The notes: a model not told the origin generated them from the letters alone. DNA of 64,000 nt from Bacteroidales bacterium Bact_19 (GCA_001603595.1 LUZK01000034.1:4760-68759); one strand, 5' to 3'. Shown: positions 9,413 through 18,810, numbered from the stretch's first letter. Numbers and translations: made by a program.

Positions 9413-9445
9413 CAATCAATACAGTTAGGTTTTTAGCCACTAATT
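9413..9445 (+). repeat. IR-like relic of the IS-like element family, upstream of the giant adhesin gene
   Basis: caatcaatacagttaggtttttagccactaatt compared with 30167-30196 (atgactaatacagggtttattggagc) and 3424-3440 (ggtggtttagcctaatt). Confidence 0.3.
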
Positions 9446-9631
9446 ACAGAAGAATACACTAATTTTTGAAAAATTTCTTAACCTTTATTGAACAATTTTT
9501 GATTTTTAAAATTTATTAGAATGAATGATTTATTCTAAATGTTGCATTTTTATAAAATAGTTATGAACAAAATGTTAAAAAAATATATACATTTTTTATA
9601 ATTTAATGTAAAAATGAAACAAAAAATTTAA

Positions 9632-9639
9632 TAAGTTTG
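9632..9639 (+). promoter_or_regulatory. Candidate -7 promoter box (TAnnTTTG) for the giant adhesin gene
   Basis: taagtttg lies about 58 nt upstream of the ATG at 9698. Confidence 0.35.
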
Positions 9640-9697
9640 CTTTTTAATAAAAAAATGTTGAAAAGTTTTCTTAATTAATAACTTAAATTTAGTGCTT

Positions 9698-12600
9698 ATG
9701 AGAAAAATTATTTATTTTATTGTTGCATCATTAATTTCACTTATGATGCAGGCACAAACAGTGCTAGTAAATCCAAATGCAGAAGGAGGATTTGAATTAG
9801 GTACTGATTTTGCTGCCAATGGATGGACCGTTGATAACGGGGCACAAACAAATCAGTGGTTTGTGGGGACAGTTCCGCTTAGTCCTAATAATAATGCAGC
9901 TTATATCTCCAATGATTTCGGAACCTCATGGAATTATACAAATACATCAACTTCTGTCGTGCACTTTTATAGGGATATTACATTCCCGGCAGGAGAAACC
10001 GATATCCAATTAAGTTTTTGGATAAAAGGTATTGGCGAAAGTAGTTTCGACAGATTAAGGGTTTACCTTGTTCCAACAACAACTACTCCAGTTGCAGGGA
10101 CAGAACTTTCATCAGGACAAGTTGGTCAGGCTAATTACAGTTTACAAAACGAATGGATTAAAGTAGGTATTCAAATACCTGCATCTGCAGCTGGAACTAC
10201 CCAGCGTCTCGTTTTTTCCTGGAGGAATGATAATTCTTTAGGTACAAATCTTCCTATTGCAATCGACAATATTTCTCTCATTTCGCAAGTCCCCTACAAT
10301 CTATCCGGAACATATACCATTGATAATTCTTTACCTACAGGTGGCTTAAATTTCAATGGTTTTGTTGATGCAATTTTAACTTTAAATTCTGCAACTATTA
10401 CAGGTCCTGTAGATTTTATAGTAACATCTGGTCAGCAATTTACAGAAATATTACCTGTTATAACTGCTACAGGTACAGCTGCTAATACAATTACTTTTGC
10501 AAAATCAGGGGTTGCATATCCAAAAATTCTATCTTCCGGATTTAATACAACAACTGATGCAATTATAGCATTACGTGGAGGAGATTACTTTACATTCAAT
10601 GGTCTTGAGCTTGGGTTATTAGTGCCAATTCACAATCAATTAGAGTACGGTATTTACGTTTTTAATGAAAATGCTACAAATGGAGCACAAAACAATATCT
10701 TTAATGATATAATTATTTCATTAAACAGAGCTTATACATCTTCAAGAGCAGTTTATCAAAATGTTGCTACTACACCAAGTGATGTAACCGGAGCAAACTC
10801 CTACAACACATATAATGCTATAAATGTTTCTAATTCTTATAACGGAATTGTTATCACCGGAAATGCAACATATCCGGATTTAGGGTTAACAGTTCAAAAT
10901 TGTATTATAGGTTCCGATAACCCAAATGATATTGGTTTTGGAACATCAGCAATAAGTGGATTAAGAATTACTTCAGGACGTGACGTTGTAGTTGCAAACA
11001 ACATTGTCAGAAATCTAACTATTACAGGTGGGGCTAATCTATTTGGTTTGTTCATGGAAAACATTCAAGGAACAAGCGAAATTTATAATAACAAAGTATA
11101 TAATTTAACCTCAACAAGTACTTCTACTTCAGCCGTTTTAACCGGTTTAAGAGCGGATGTAACTTCAACAAATACAGCAAATGTTTATAATAATGTTGTT
11201 TACGGATTTAATCATGCAATTGCTTCTCCAAGTGCGACAAATGTTGCTAGAGGCATGGTTGCTAACCTTTCGGGAGCAGGAACCGTTAATTTAGCATACA
11301 ACAGTGTAAACATTGCTTTAAATGCCAATGCCTCAAATGATGCTTTAAGGATAGGAGGAGGTACTGTTAATCTTGTTAATAATGTTTTAGTCAATTCTTC
11401 TGCATCTGGTTCTACCTCTAATAGATATTGCATATATAGAAGCGGAGGTACAATTATTTCAGACTATAATAATATTTATATACCATCAGGAACAAACAAT
11501 TATATAGGCTATTATACTTCTAACCAAACAACTATGACTGACTGGCAAGCTGCTGTATCCGGAGATGCAAATTCCATTTCAGTAGATCCGCTATTTACGG
11601 GAACTCCGGACCTAATGCCGTCAAATCCTGCAATGAACAATTTGGGAACAACTGTTCCAGGTATAACAACTGATATTTTAGGAGTTGCCAGAAATGCTAC
11701 CAATCCTGATATGGGAGCTTATGAATTCAATCCTCCTACATGTGTTATGCCAACAGATTTAACTGTTAGTGGAATAACAACAAACTCAGCTATTTTAGGT
11801 TGGACCAGCAGTGCTTCTGAATGGAACATCGAAGTTGGATTACCAGGATTTACCCCAGGCAATAGTGAATATGTTGTTTCAATATACGGATCAGTAGCTA
11901 ATCCAACACCAGCAACAGGATTAACACATTCTACTCAATATCAGTTCTATGTTCAATCAGTTTGTGGTATTGAAACTTCAAGTTGGGCGGGGCCAGTAAG
12001 TTTTTCTACACTTTGCGGAACTATAACTAGTTTCCCATATACCGAAAGCTTTGATGGTACCACGTTTGCACCAACATGCTGGACAAATCAAAAAACTGCT
12101 GGTTCAGGAACAGGATTATGGGATAGACAAACATCAGGTTCTAACCCAACGTGTACTCCTCATAGTGGAGCAGGTATGGCAAGATTTAATTGCTTTAATT
12201 ACTCATCCGGAACAGCTGGAATTCTTGTAACTCCGGAAATAAGTGCTCCAGCTAATCATATTGTTGAATTTTGGATGTACAGAGATAATGGCTACTCTTC
12301 AGATTTAGATAGAGTAAATGTTTATACAAATGCAACACCGGACTTAACAGGAGCAACATTATTAGGTACAATTAACAGATCAATAACTCAAACTCCGGTA
12401 GAGGCTTCCAACGGATGGTATAAATATAAATACGATTTGCCGGCAGGAAATCAATATATTATTTTTGAAGGTATCAGTGCTTATGGTAATAATATTTTTA
12501 TTGATGACATTACAATAAAAGAAAAACCTACTTCCACTGTAACATGGTGTAATTTACAATGGCCTGGTAATTTTACAATGACAACTAACGAAAATGTTGA

Positions 12601-15600
12601 AATTTATGCACAAGTTTACGAAGCAGGTATCACAGATGCTATCGGACAAGGAGCAGGAATTGAAGCATGGATTGGTTATTCAACAGCAAATACTAATCCA
12701 TCAACATGGACTAATTGGATTCCGGCTATTTATAATGTTGATGTTGGAAATAACGATGAATATAAAATTACTTTAGGATCATTAGCTCCAGGTACTTATT
12801 ACTATGCTTCAAGATTTTCTTTAAACGAAGGTCCTTACTCATATGGTGGATTTAATGGAGGATTCTGGGATGGTACAAACAATGTTTCAGGAGTTCTTAC
12901 AGTAAATGCAATACTTGGAAGTCATTGTGATAATCCATACATTGTTCAAATCCCGGCTGATCTTACATATGCACAGTCTCACACTACTTGTGGAATGAGT
13001 AATTATTATGATTTATCTTCAACAAGTTATGATAACGGAGAAGATGCTATTTACCGCCTTGATGTTACGCAGAATACTGTTGTAAAGATTACTATGACTC
13101 CCGTAGAAACTTATTCAGGATTATTTTTATTTGATGCTTGTCCTAATAGTGGTACACTTTTACAATCAGTAACTAATTCAACAAACACTCCGAGAATTAT
13201 CACGCAGGCTCTAACAGCAGGAACTTATTACATAATGGTTGATATATGGCCTACCCCAAACTGTACTGATTATTCTATTCAAATCGAAGTTGTTTGCCCT
13301 GCTCCAACAAATATCACTGCAACAAATATAACTTCCTCACAAGCTGATCTAAGCTGGACTCCAAGTGGATTTGAAACTTCATGGAATGTTAAAGTTTCTT
13401 CTACCTCAATTGATCCAACAGCAGAAACTGGTGATATTTACGACGGAATAGTTAATTCACTACCTTTACAATTAACCGGATTAACTGAAAGCACTACTTA
13501 CTATGTATATGTACAAGCCGCTTGCGTTTCAACATGGACTAATGGAATATTTACTACTACAGCCTCATGCCCATTACCTACAGATTTAACAACAACTAAT
13601 ATTTTACATAATCAGGCTGATTTAGATTGGAATGCATATTCTGGTACAAACTGGAACTTAAAGGTTTCTACTACTGCAATTGATCCTGAAACTGAATCAG
13701 GAAACATTTTCGATGGTGCTATTAATACAAAACCATATACAATTACAGGCTTAAATGCCCAAATAACTTACTACTGGTATGTACAAACAATATGTGGTAC
13801 TGAAACTTCAAATTGGTCAGCACAAGCTTCATTTACAACTTCATGTGCTCCGATAAGTAGCTTCCCGTTTATCGAAAGCTTTGATGGCACCACTTTCGCT
13901 CCAACATGCTGGACCAACGAAAAAACTGCTGGTACAGGAACAGGTTTATGGGATAGACAAACAAACGGGTCTAACCCAACATGTACTCCTCATAGTGGAG
14001 CAGGTATGGCAAGATTTAATTGTTATTCTTACTCATCCGGAACAGCTGGAATTCTTGTAACTCCGGAAATAAGTGCTCCAGCTAATCATATTGTTGAATT
14101 TTGGATGTACAGAGATAATGGCTACTCTTCATATTTAGATAGAGTAAATGTTTATACAAATGCAACACCGGACTTAACAGGAGCAACATTATTAGGTACA
14201 ATTAACAGATCAATTACTCAAACTCCGGTAGTGGCTTCCAACGGATGGTATAAATATAAATACGATTTGCCGGCAGGAAATCAATATATTATTTTTGAAG
14301 GTATCAGTGCTTGGGGTAATAATATTTTTATTGATGACGTGACTGTAAGACAATTATCTTCAGAAAAAGACATCCTAAGTTTTGTGCTTGCAGAACAAAC
14401 AGGTCCTGCTATTATTGACAATATAAATCACACTGTTGACATTGAAGTAGGAATTGGAACGGATGTTACTAATTTAACACCTACAATTACAGTATCTCCA
14501 AATGCAGTAATAAATCCTGCTTCAGGTATTCCTCAGGACTTCACAAATCCTGTAACATATACTGTAACAGCAGAAGATTTATCAACTCAAGATTGGATTG
14601 TAACTGTAACAGTAGCAACGGCATTAAGTAGTTCTAAAGATATTCTCAGTTTTAGCTTCCCTGAACAAACCGGTCCTGCTACAATTGGAACAAATACTGT
14701 TGATATTGAAGTTAACTGGATGGCTAATCTAGCTGCGTTAACACCTACAATTACTGTTTCTCCTTTTGCTTCAATTTCCCCAGCTTCAGGAGTTACTCTT
14801 GATTTCACCAATCCAGTAGTTTATACTGTTACAGCTCAAGATCTTTCTACAAAAGATTACACTGTTACTGTTACAAAAGCTCTTCCAACATTAGGAAGTC
14901 ATTGTGATAATCCATACATTGTTCAAATCCCGGCTGATCTTACATATGCGCAGTCTCACACTACTTGTGGAATGAGTAATTATTATGATTTATCTTCAAC
15001 AAGTTATGATAACGGAGAAGATGCTATTTACCGCCTTGATGTTACGCAGAATACTGTTGTAAAGATTACTATGACTCCCGTAGAAACTTGGTCAGGATTA
15101 TTTTTATTTGATGCTTGTCCGGATACCGGTACTTTGATACAATCTGTAACAAATTCCGAAGCAACCCCAAGAATTATTATTGAAGCATTGACAGTAGGAA
15201 CATATTATGTAATGGTTGACACTTGGCCTTCACCAAATTGTACTGATTATTCTATTCAAATTGAAGTTGTTTGTCCAGCTCCTACAGGTATCACTGCAAC
15301 AAATATAACTACCTCGCAAGCAGATTTAAGCTGGACAGCAGGTGGATTTGAAACTTCATGGAATGTTAAAGTTTCTTCTACCGCAATTGATCCAACAGCA
15401 GAAACTGGTGATATTTACGACGGAATAGTTAATTCACTACCTTTACAATTAACCGGATTAACTGAAAGCACTACTTACTATGTATATGTACAAGCCGCTT
15501 GCGCTTCAACATGGACTAATGGAACATTTACTACTGCTGATGCTTGTCCTGTTCCAACAAACTTAACAGCTACAACAGGCATTAACGATGCAAACCTTTC

Positions 15601-17080
15601 ATGGAGTTCATTCACCGGCGATTCATGGAACTTGAAAGTTTCTTCTACTCCAATTGATCCATCAACAGAAACAGCTGATATAGTTGATATCAACCTTTCA
15701 AGCACAAGTTACAATGTTTCAGGTTTGAATTCAAATACTACCTATTATTGGTATGTTCAAACTGTTTGTACTGTTCCTGCAGAATCTAACTGGTCAGGTC
15801 AGGCTACTTTCACAACGCAATGTGGTATTTTCAACTTACCATTTGCAGAAGACTTCGAAAGTGGCATGCTAAACTGCTGGACAATACTTAATGTTGATGG
15901 AGGACTTCCGGTATGGACTTTAAATACAAGTCAAAATCATACTCCCGGTGGTAACACATCAATTTATCATAACTACAACGGTGCCAACTCAGATGATGGA
16001 TGGTTAATTACACCTGCAATTCAATTACCTACTAATCAAAATATTAACCTATCTTTCTGGTCATATAATTCTTTCCCAACATGGTATGGTGAAAACAGTG
16101 TTTGGGTTTCTACTACCGGAACAGATCCTTCTGATTTTACAAAAATCTGGCAACCATCAAGTGTAACAGCTTCATGGGAACAAACAAATCTTGATCTTAG
16201 TTCTTACGCAGGTGAAATTGTTTATGTTGCGTTTAGATATGCCGGATATGATGCTCATGCCTGGTATCTTGATGATATAAACATCACTGCAACTCCTATT
16301 ATTGTTAATCAGATTAATCAAATTGACATTAACAATGATGTTGTAGATGTTCAAGTATGTCTTGGTACTTCAGAAGTTGAAGCTATATCTCTTCTTGCTA
16401 ATCAAATCACTATCACCGATACTGAAGATAACCAATATATTGTTGATTTAACATGGACAGTTGCGTCTTATGATGCTAATACAGCAGGTGACTACACTGC
16501 TACAGGAACATTCGAATTACCTGCAGGTGTAAATCAAACTGATCCTCCAACAGCTCTCGAAGTAACTGCAACTATTACAGTTAATGAACTTCCGGTTGTT
16601 ACTTGTCCCGAAGACTTTATACTAACTACAAATTCTATTGTAACTCTCACAGGAGAAAATCCAACAGGTGGCGTTTATTCCGGCACAGGTGTAAGTGGAT
16701 ACATTTTCAATCCTGATGGTCTTGACAATGGTGATTATACAATTACTTATACTTATACCGATCCTGTTACAGGTTGTGTAAATAGTTGTAACTTTACGAT
16801 CACTCTTGATATTGATGTTAACGTAAGTGCTCAGACTATCAGTGCTATCAGCATCTATCCTAACCCGAATAACGGTAAATTCTCTGTAGTATTTAACAAC
16901 TTCGAAGGTAAAGTTACTTACGGTATCTATGATGCTAAAGGTAGTGTTATTATTACTGAAGAAGTTTATACTTCAGGAAATACAGTTAGAGATTTCGATA
17001 TCAAACTCGTTCCCGGTGTTTACTACATTAAGATGACTAACGATAGCAATACCTTTGTCGAAAAGATTGTTATTCAATAA
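9698..17080 (+). CDS. Giant secreted multi-domain adhesin-like protein with a T9SS C-terminal sorting domain (about 2460 aa)
   Basis: Signal peptide MRKIIYFIVASLISLMMQAQ. The ATG at 9698 is preferred over the GTG at 9692. Contains three cleaved-adhesin / choice-of-anchor-J-like modules (FxESFDG...CWT...W), FN3-like modules (TxxSAxLxW...YxxYVQ) and two PPC-like modules. The C-terminal ISIYPNPNNGKFSV...YYIKM is typical of a T9SS CTD. Confidence 0.85.
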   Translation: MRKIIYFIVASLISLMMQAQTVLVNPNAEGGFELGTDFAANGWTVDNGAQTNQWFVGTVPLSPNNNAAYISNDFGTSWNYTNTSTSVVHFYRDITFPAGETDIQLSFWIKGIGESSFDRLRVYLVPTTTTPVAGTELSSGQVGQANYSLQNEWIKVGIQIPASAAGTTQRLVFSWRNDNSLGTNLPIAIDNISLISQVPYNLSGTYTIDNSLPTGGLNFNGFVDAILTLNSATITGPVDFIVTSGQQFTEILPVITATGTAANTITFAKSGVAYPKILSSGFNTTTDAIIALRGGDYFTFNGLELGLLVPIHNQLEYGIYVFNENATNGAQNNIFNDIIISLNRAYTSSRAVYQNVATTPSDVTGANSYNTYNAINVSNSYNGIVITGNATYPDLGLTVQNCIIGSDNPNDIGFGTSAISGLRITSGRDVVVANNIVRNLTITGGANLFGLFMENIQGTSEIYNNKVYNLTSTSTSTSAVLTGLRADVTSTNTANVYNNVVYGFNHAIASPSATNVARGMVANLSGAGTVNLAYNSVNIALNANASNDALRIGGGTVNLVNNVLVNSSASGSTSNRYCIYRSGGTIISDYNNIYIPSGTNNYIGYYTSNQTTMTDWQAAVSGDANSISVDPLFTGTPDLMPSNPAMNNLGTTVPGITTDILGVARNATNPDMGAYEFNPPTCVMPTDLTVSGITTNSAILGWTSSASEWNIEVGLPGFTPGNSEYVVSIYGSVANPTPATGLTHSTQYQFYVQSVCGIETSSWAGPVSFSTLCGTITSFPYTESFDGTTFAPTCWTNQKTAGSGTGLWDRQTSGSNPTCTPHSGAGMARFNCFNYSSGTAGILVTPEISAPANHIVEFWMYRDNGYSSDLDRVNVYTNATPDLTGATLLGTINRSITQTPVEASNGWYKYKYDLPAGNQYIIFEGISAYGNNIFIDDITIKEKPTSTVTWCNLQWPGNFTMTTNENVEIYAQVYEAGITDAIGQGAGIEAWIGYSTANTNPSTWTNWIPAIYNVDVGNNDEYKITLGSLAPGTYYYASRFSLNEGPYSYGGFNGGFWDGTNNVSGVLTVNAILGSHCDNPYIVQIPADLTYAQSHTTCGMSNYYDLSSTSYDNGEDAIYRLDVTQNTVVKITMTPVETYSGLFLFDACPNSGTLLQSVTNSTNTPRIITQALTAGTYYIMVDIWPTPNCTDYSIQIEVVCPAPTNITATNITSSQADLSWTPSGFETSWNVKVSSTSIDPTAETGDIYDGIVNSLPLQLTGLTESTTYYVYVQAACVSTWTNGIFTTTASCPLPTDLTTTNILHNQADLDWNAYSGTNWNLKVSTTAIDPETESGNIFDGAINTKPYTITGLNAQITYYWYVQTICGTETSNWSAQASFTTSCAPISSFPFIESFDGTTFAPTCWTNEKTAGTGTGLWDRQTNGSNPTCTPHSGAGMARFNCYSYSSGTAGILVTPEISAPANHIVEFWMYRDNGYSSYLDRVNVYTNATPDLTGATLLGTINRSITQTPVVASNGWYKYKYDLPAGNQYIIFEGISAWGNNIFIDDVTVRQLSSEKDILSFVLAEQTGPAIIDNINHTVDIEVGIGTDVTNLTPTITVSPNAVINPASGIPQDFTNPVTYTVTAEDLSTQDWIVTVTVATALSSSKDILSFSFPEQTGPATIGTNTVDIEVNWMANLAALTPTITVSPFASISPASGVTLDFTNPVVYTVTAQDLSTKDYTVTVTKALPTLGSHCDNPYIVQIPADLTYAQSHTTCGMSNYYDLSSTSYDNGEDAIYRLDVTQNTVVKITMTPVETWSGLFLFDACPDTGTLIQSVTNSEATPRIIIEALTVGTYYVMVDTWPSPNCTDYSIQIEVVCPAPTGITATNITTSQADLSWTAGGFETSWNVKVSSTAIDPTAETGDIYDGIVNSLPLQLTGLTESTTYYVYVQAACASTWTNGTFTTADACPVPTNLTATTGINDANLSWSSFTGDSWNLKVSSTPIDPSTETADIVDINLSSTSYNVSGLNSNTTYYWYVQTVCTVPAESNWSGQATFTTQCGIFNLPFAEDFESGMLNCWTILNVDGGLPVWTLNTSQNHTPGGNTSIYHNYNGANSDDGWLITPAIQLPTNQNINLSFWSYNSFPTWYGENSVWVSTTGTDPSDFTKIWQPSSVTASWEQTNLDLSSYAGEIVYVAFRYAGYDAHAWYLDDINITATPIIVNQINQIDINNDVVDVQVCLGTSEVEAISLLANQITITDTEDNQYIVDLTWTVASYDANTAGDYTATGTFELPAGVNQTDPPTALEVTATITVNELPVVTCPEDFILTTNSIVTLTGENPTGGVYSGTGVSGYIFNPDGLDNGDYTITYTYTDPVTGCVNSCNFTITLDIDVNVSAQTISAISIYPNPNNGKFSVVFNNFEGKVTYGIYDAKGSVIITEEVYTSGNTVRDFDIKLVPGVYYIKMTNDSNTFVEKIVIQ
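12014..12520 (+). repeat. Intragenic duplication unit 1, copy a (adhesin-module coding)
   Basis: Paralogous to 13844-14350 (offset 1830 nt). 12161-12507 is about 97% identical to 13991-14337 (about 9 differences counted by eye). Confidence 0.85.
12917..13560 (+). repeat. Intragenic duplication unit 2, copy a (PPC-like plus FN3-like coding)
   Basis: Paralogous to 14894-15537 (offset 1977 nt). The first ~225 nt differ at 3 positions and the last ~190 nt at about 4. The central ~200 nt is clearly more diverged. Confidence 0.85.
13844..14350 (+). repeat. Intragenic duplication unit 1, copy b
   Basis: See copy a. The 5' third is more diverged (about 85%). Confidence 0.85.
14894..15537 (+). repeat. 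Intragenic duplication unit 2, copy b
   Basis: See copy a. Confidence 0.85.
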
Positions 17081-17100
17081 TCTAATATAAACTATTTAAA

Positions 17101-17130
17101 AAGCCCGGCTCTAAGTCGGGCTTTTTTTTT
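17101..17130 (+). terminator. Rho-independent terminator after the giant adhesin gene
   Basis: 7-bp stem aagcccg/cgggctt with a 9-nt loop, followed by a T-run of 9. Confidence 0.8.
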
Positions 17131-17166
17131 ACACAAATTCCACATTAAAAATATTAATTCTGACTG

Positions 17167-17188
17167 ATGACCTAAATGGAGGGGGTTT
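17167..17188 (+). repeat. Terminal inverted repeat (3' end relative to the ORF)
   Basis: atgacctaaatggagggggttt compared with the reverse complement of 18699-18724, atgaactaatgcttagaaggggtttt (about 70% identity with gaps). Confidence 0.5.
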
Positions 17189-17331
17189 GAGCGGCGTATT
17201 TTCCGGCAATTGAGTAAAGCCGAAGCCTCTTGATGTTTGATCAAAGCAAAAAAACTGTCTTTATTAGAGTAAGAATCACTTTAGCTAAAAACAAAACCAT
17301 AGATTCTTGCATTCACTATCGGCTATGTTAT

Positions 17332-18390
17332 TTAATAAATTTTGGAAATTCCGATTAAAACTCCGTAATCCAGATGATGAAATTTATCTTCGCTTTTCCA
17401 TAAACGTTTAATAGGATCAAAAGGCTCATAAATACCTGAATAGCTTTTTATGAAATTTACATACATTCTCTCCACTTGAATGAATTTAAACCAGACAGCA
17501 CGATTTTTAAAAAATATTCGATAATCAAAAAATTTGAGATTAAAAATAAATCCGGCTAAAAAGTTTGAATAAACCTGTAAGTATTTTGTTGCCACTCCTC
17601 TCATTCTGGTGCTTATAGTTCTTTTAAAGTCTGTGTCTAAACTGCTGTTATAAAGCTTTTGTAAATTTTCAAGTTCAACCGTTTTTTTGTTTTGAACATC
17701 TAATAATTTATATTTTTTTGATTTAAGATAAGTTGAAAGTAACGAATTTTCAGATACTATTACCTTCGATTTTTTGTTAATTAACTTTTTAAGTACTATG
17801 TTGAGATCGTGTTTTTCAAGTTCTCCCAGCTTGGATAAGCGAGTTTGCATAAAGTTGCTGTTTTCAGCTACCAAAACATTTGCAGGCAATAAACTTGCTT
17901 TGACAGTAAATTTAGGAGAAATATTCTTCCGTCCTTTCTGACCGAATTTAAATTGTATCTGTCTTAATAATACTTCAGAATCTAAAGTTTTAAAACCTGA
18001 TGAATACAACATTAAAAACTTATGTCGCCAGTCAAATGCGGTTTGATTTGCGATGTCAAGACGTTTTTTAATTTTAGAAATTGGGATTATACCTTCGGTG
18101 GTGATAATTTTAAAATATTCTAAATATTTGTGTTTTTTATGAATATAATAAAATATCGAACCTGTGGTTGGAATAAACGTCTTTCCACAATCCTTACATC
18201 TGTATCTATCCAAATGTTTATATCTTCCATGCTTAATGATATTCTTCGATTGGCAGTAGATACATTTCGAAACTTTAATTTTAGATGTTAAGCTATCAAA
18301 TTGGTTAATGTCATTTAGTAAATGTTTAAATTCATTTTCACTTAATTGAGAAATGGCATCTTTTATTTCCTCTAATGACAATTTTTTCAT
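17332..18390 (-). CDS. Transposase-like protein with an N-terminal Zn-ribbon and HTH (352 aa); possibly a divergent or degenerate ISXO2/IS1595-like DDE domain
   Basis: CIYCQS...YRCKDCGKTF ribbon (IS1 InsA / IS1595 type). HTH-like IANQTAFDWRHKF. C-terminal RMRGVATKYLQVYSNFL resembles the HGVSxKHLxxYLxEF tail of IS1595 enzymes. Acidic catalytic residues were not convincingly located by eye. Confidence 0.6.
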   Translation of the reverse strand: MKKLSLEEIKDAISQLSENEFKHLLNDINQFDSLTSKIKVSKCIYCQSKNIIKHGRYKHLDRYRCKDCGKTFIPTTGSIFYYIHKKHKYLEYFKIITTEGIIPISKIKKRLDIANQTAFDWRHKFLMLYSSGFKTLDSEVLLRQIQFKFGQKGRKNISPKFTVKASLLPANVLVAENSNFMQTRLSKLGELEKHDLNIVLKKLINKKSKVIVSENSLLSTYLKSKKYKLLDVQNKKTVELENLQKLYNSSLDTDFKRTISTRMRGVATKYLQVYSNFLAGFIFNLKFFDYRIFFKNRAVWFKFIQVERMYVNFIKSYSGIYEPFDPIKRLWKSEDKFHHLDYGVLIGISKIY

Positions 18391-18698
18391 AGTGCAAAAA
18401 TAAATTATTTATAAACACAAAAATATAGAATAAATTATTTTACTGAAAATGAATCTATATTCATAAATAGTGTTCTGTTTTTCTTGATTGTAACTAATTC
18501 ATTAGGTTTACAAAAATTTATGAATTAAATTTAATCAATCTTTAAAAAATTTAATTTTATTAAAGTATAATATTTTTAAATCTAAGAGTTTAACACCGAT
18601 TTATTATTCAATTTTACAATTTGTAAATATAACATTTGCTTAAAGACTTGTATTCCCCGAGGTTGAGCAAATCTGAAATTACATTAATCATTTTATAT

Positions 18699-18724
18699 AA
18701 AACCCCTTCTAAGCATTAGTTCAT
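18699..18724 (-). repeat. Terminal inverted repeat (5' end relative to the ORF)
   Basis: The reverse complement reads atgaactaatgcttagaaggggtttt. Its first 14 nt are identical to the reverse complement of 30144-30157 in the second copy. Confidence 0.5.
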
Positions 18725-18810
18725 TACATTCCTATTCAACACATAATATTAGTTCTTTGATGGTTTTTTGATGGTATAATCACAAGACGATATAATAATT
18801 AAACAAAAAA

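Larger units (their letters stand above)
17167..18724 (-). mobile_element. IS-like element (about 1.56 kb) carrying one transposase-like ORF; family unassigned (IS1 / IS1595-like N-terminus)
   Basis: Imperfect terminal inverted repeats at 17167-17188 and 18699-18724. A homologous decayed copy lies at 29459-30157. No target-site duplication could be identified by eye. Confidence 0.55.

Noticed and set aside
12014-15537. Near-identical repeats considered as a CRISPR array or as a DGR template/variable-region pair
   Set aside because: The repeats are 500-640 bp of in-frame coding sequence, not short repeats with spacers. No reverse transcriptase is in the window, and the differences are not adenine-specific (for example TAT to TGG includes a T-to-G change).
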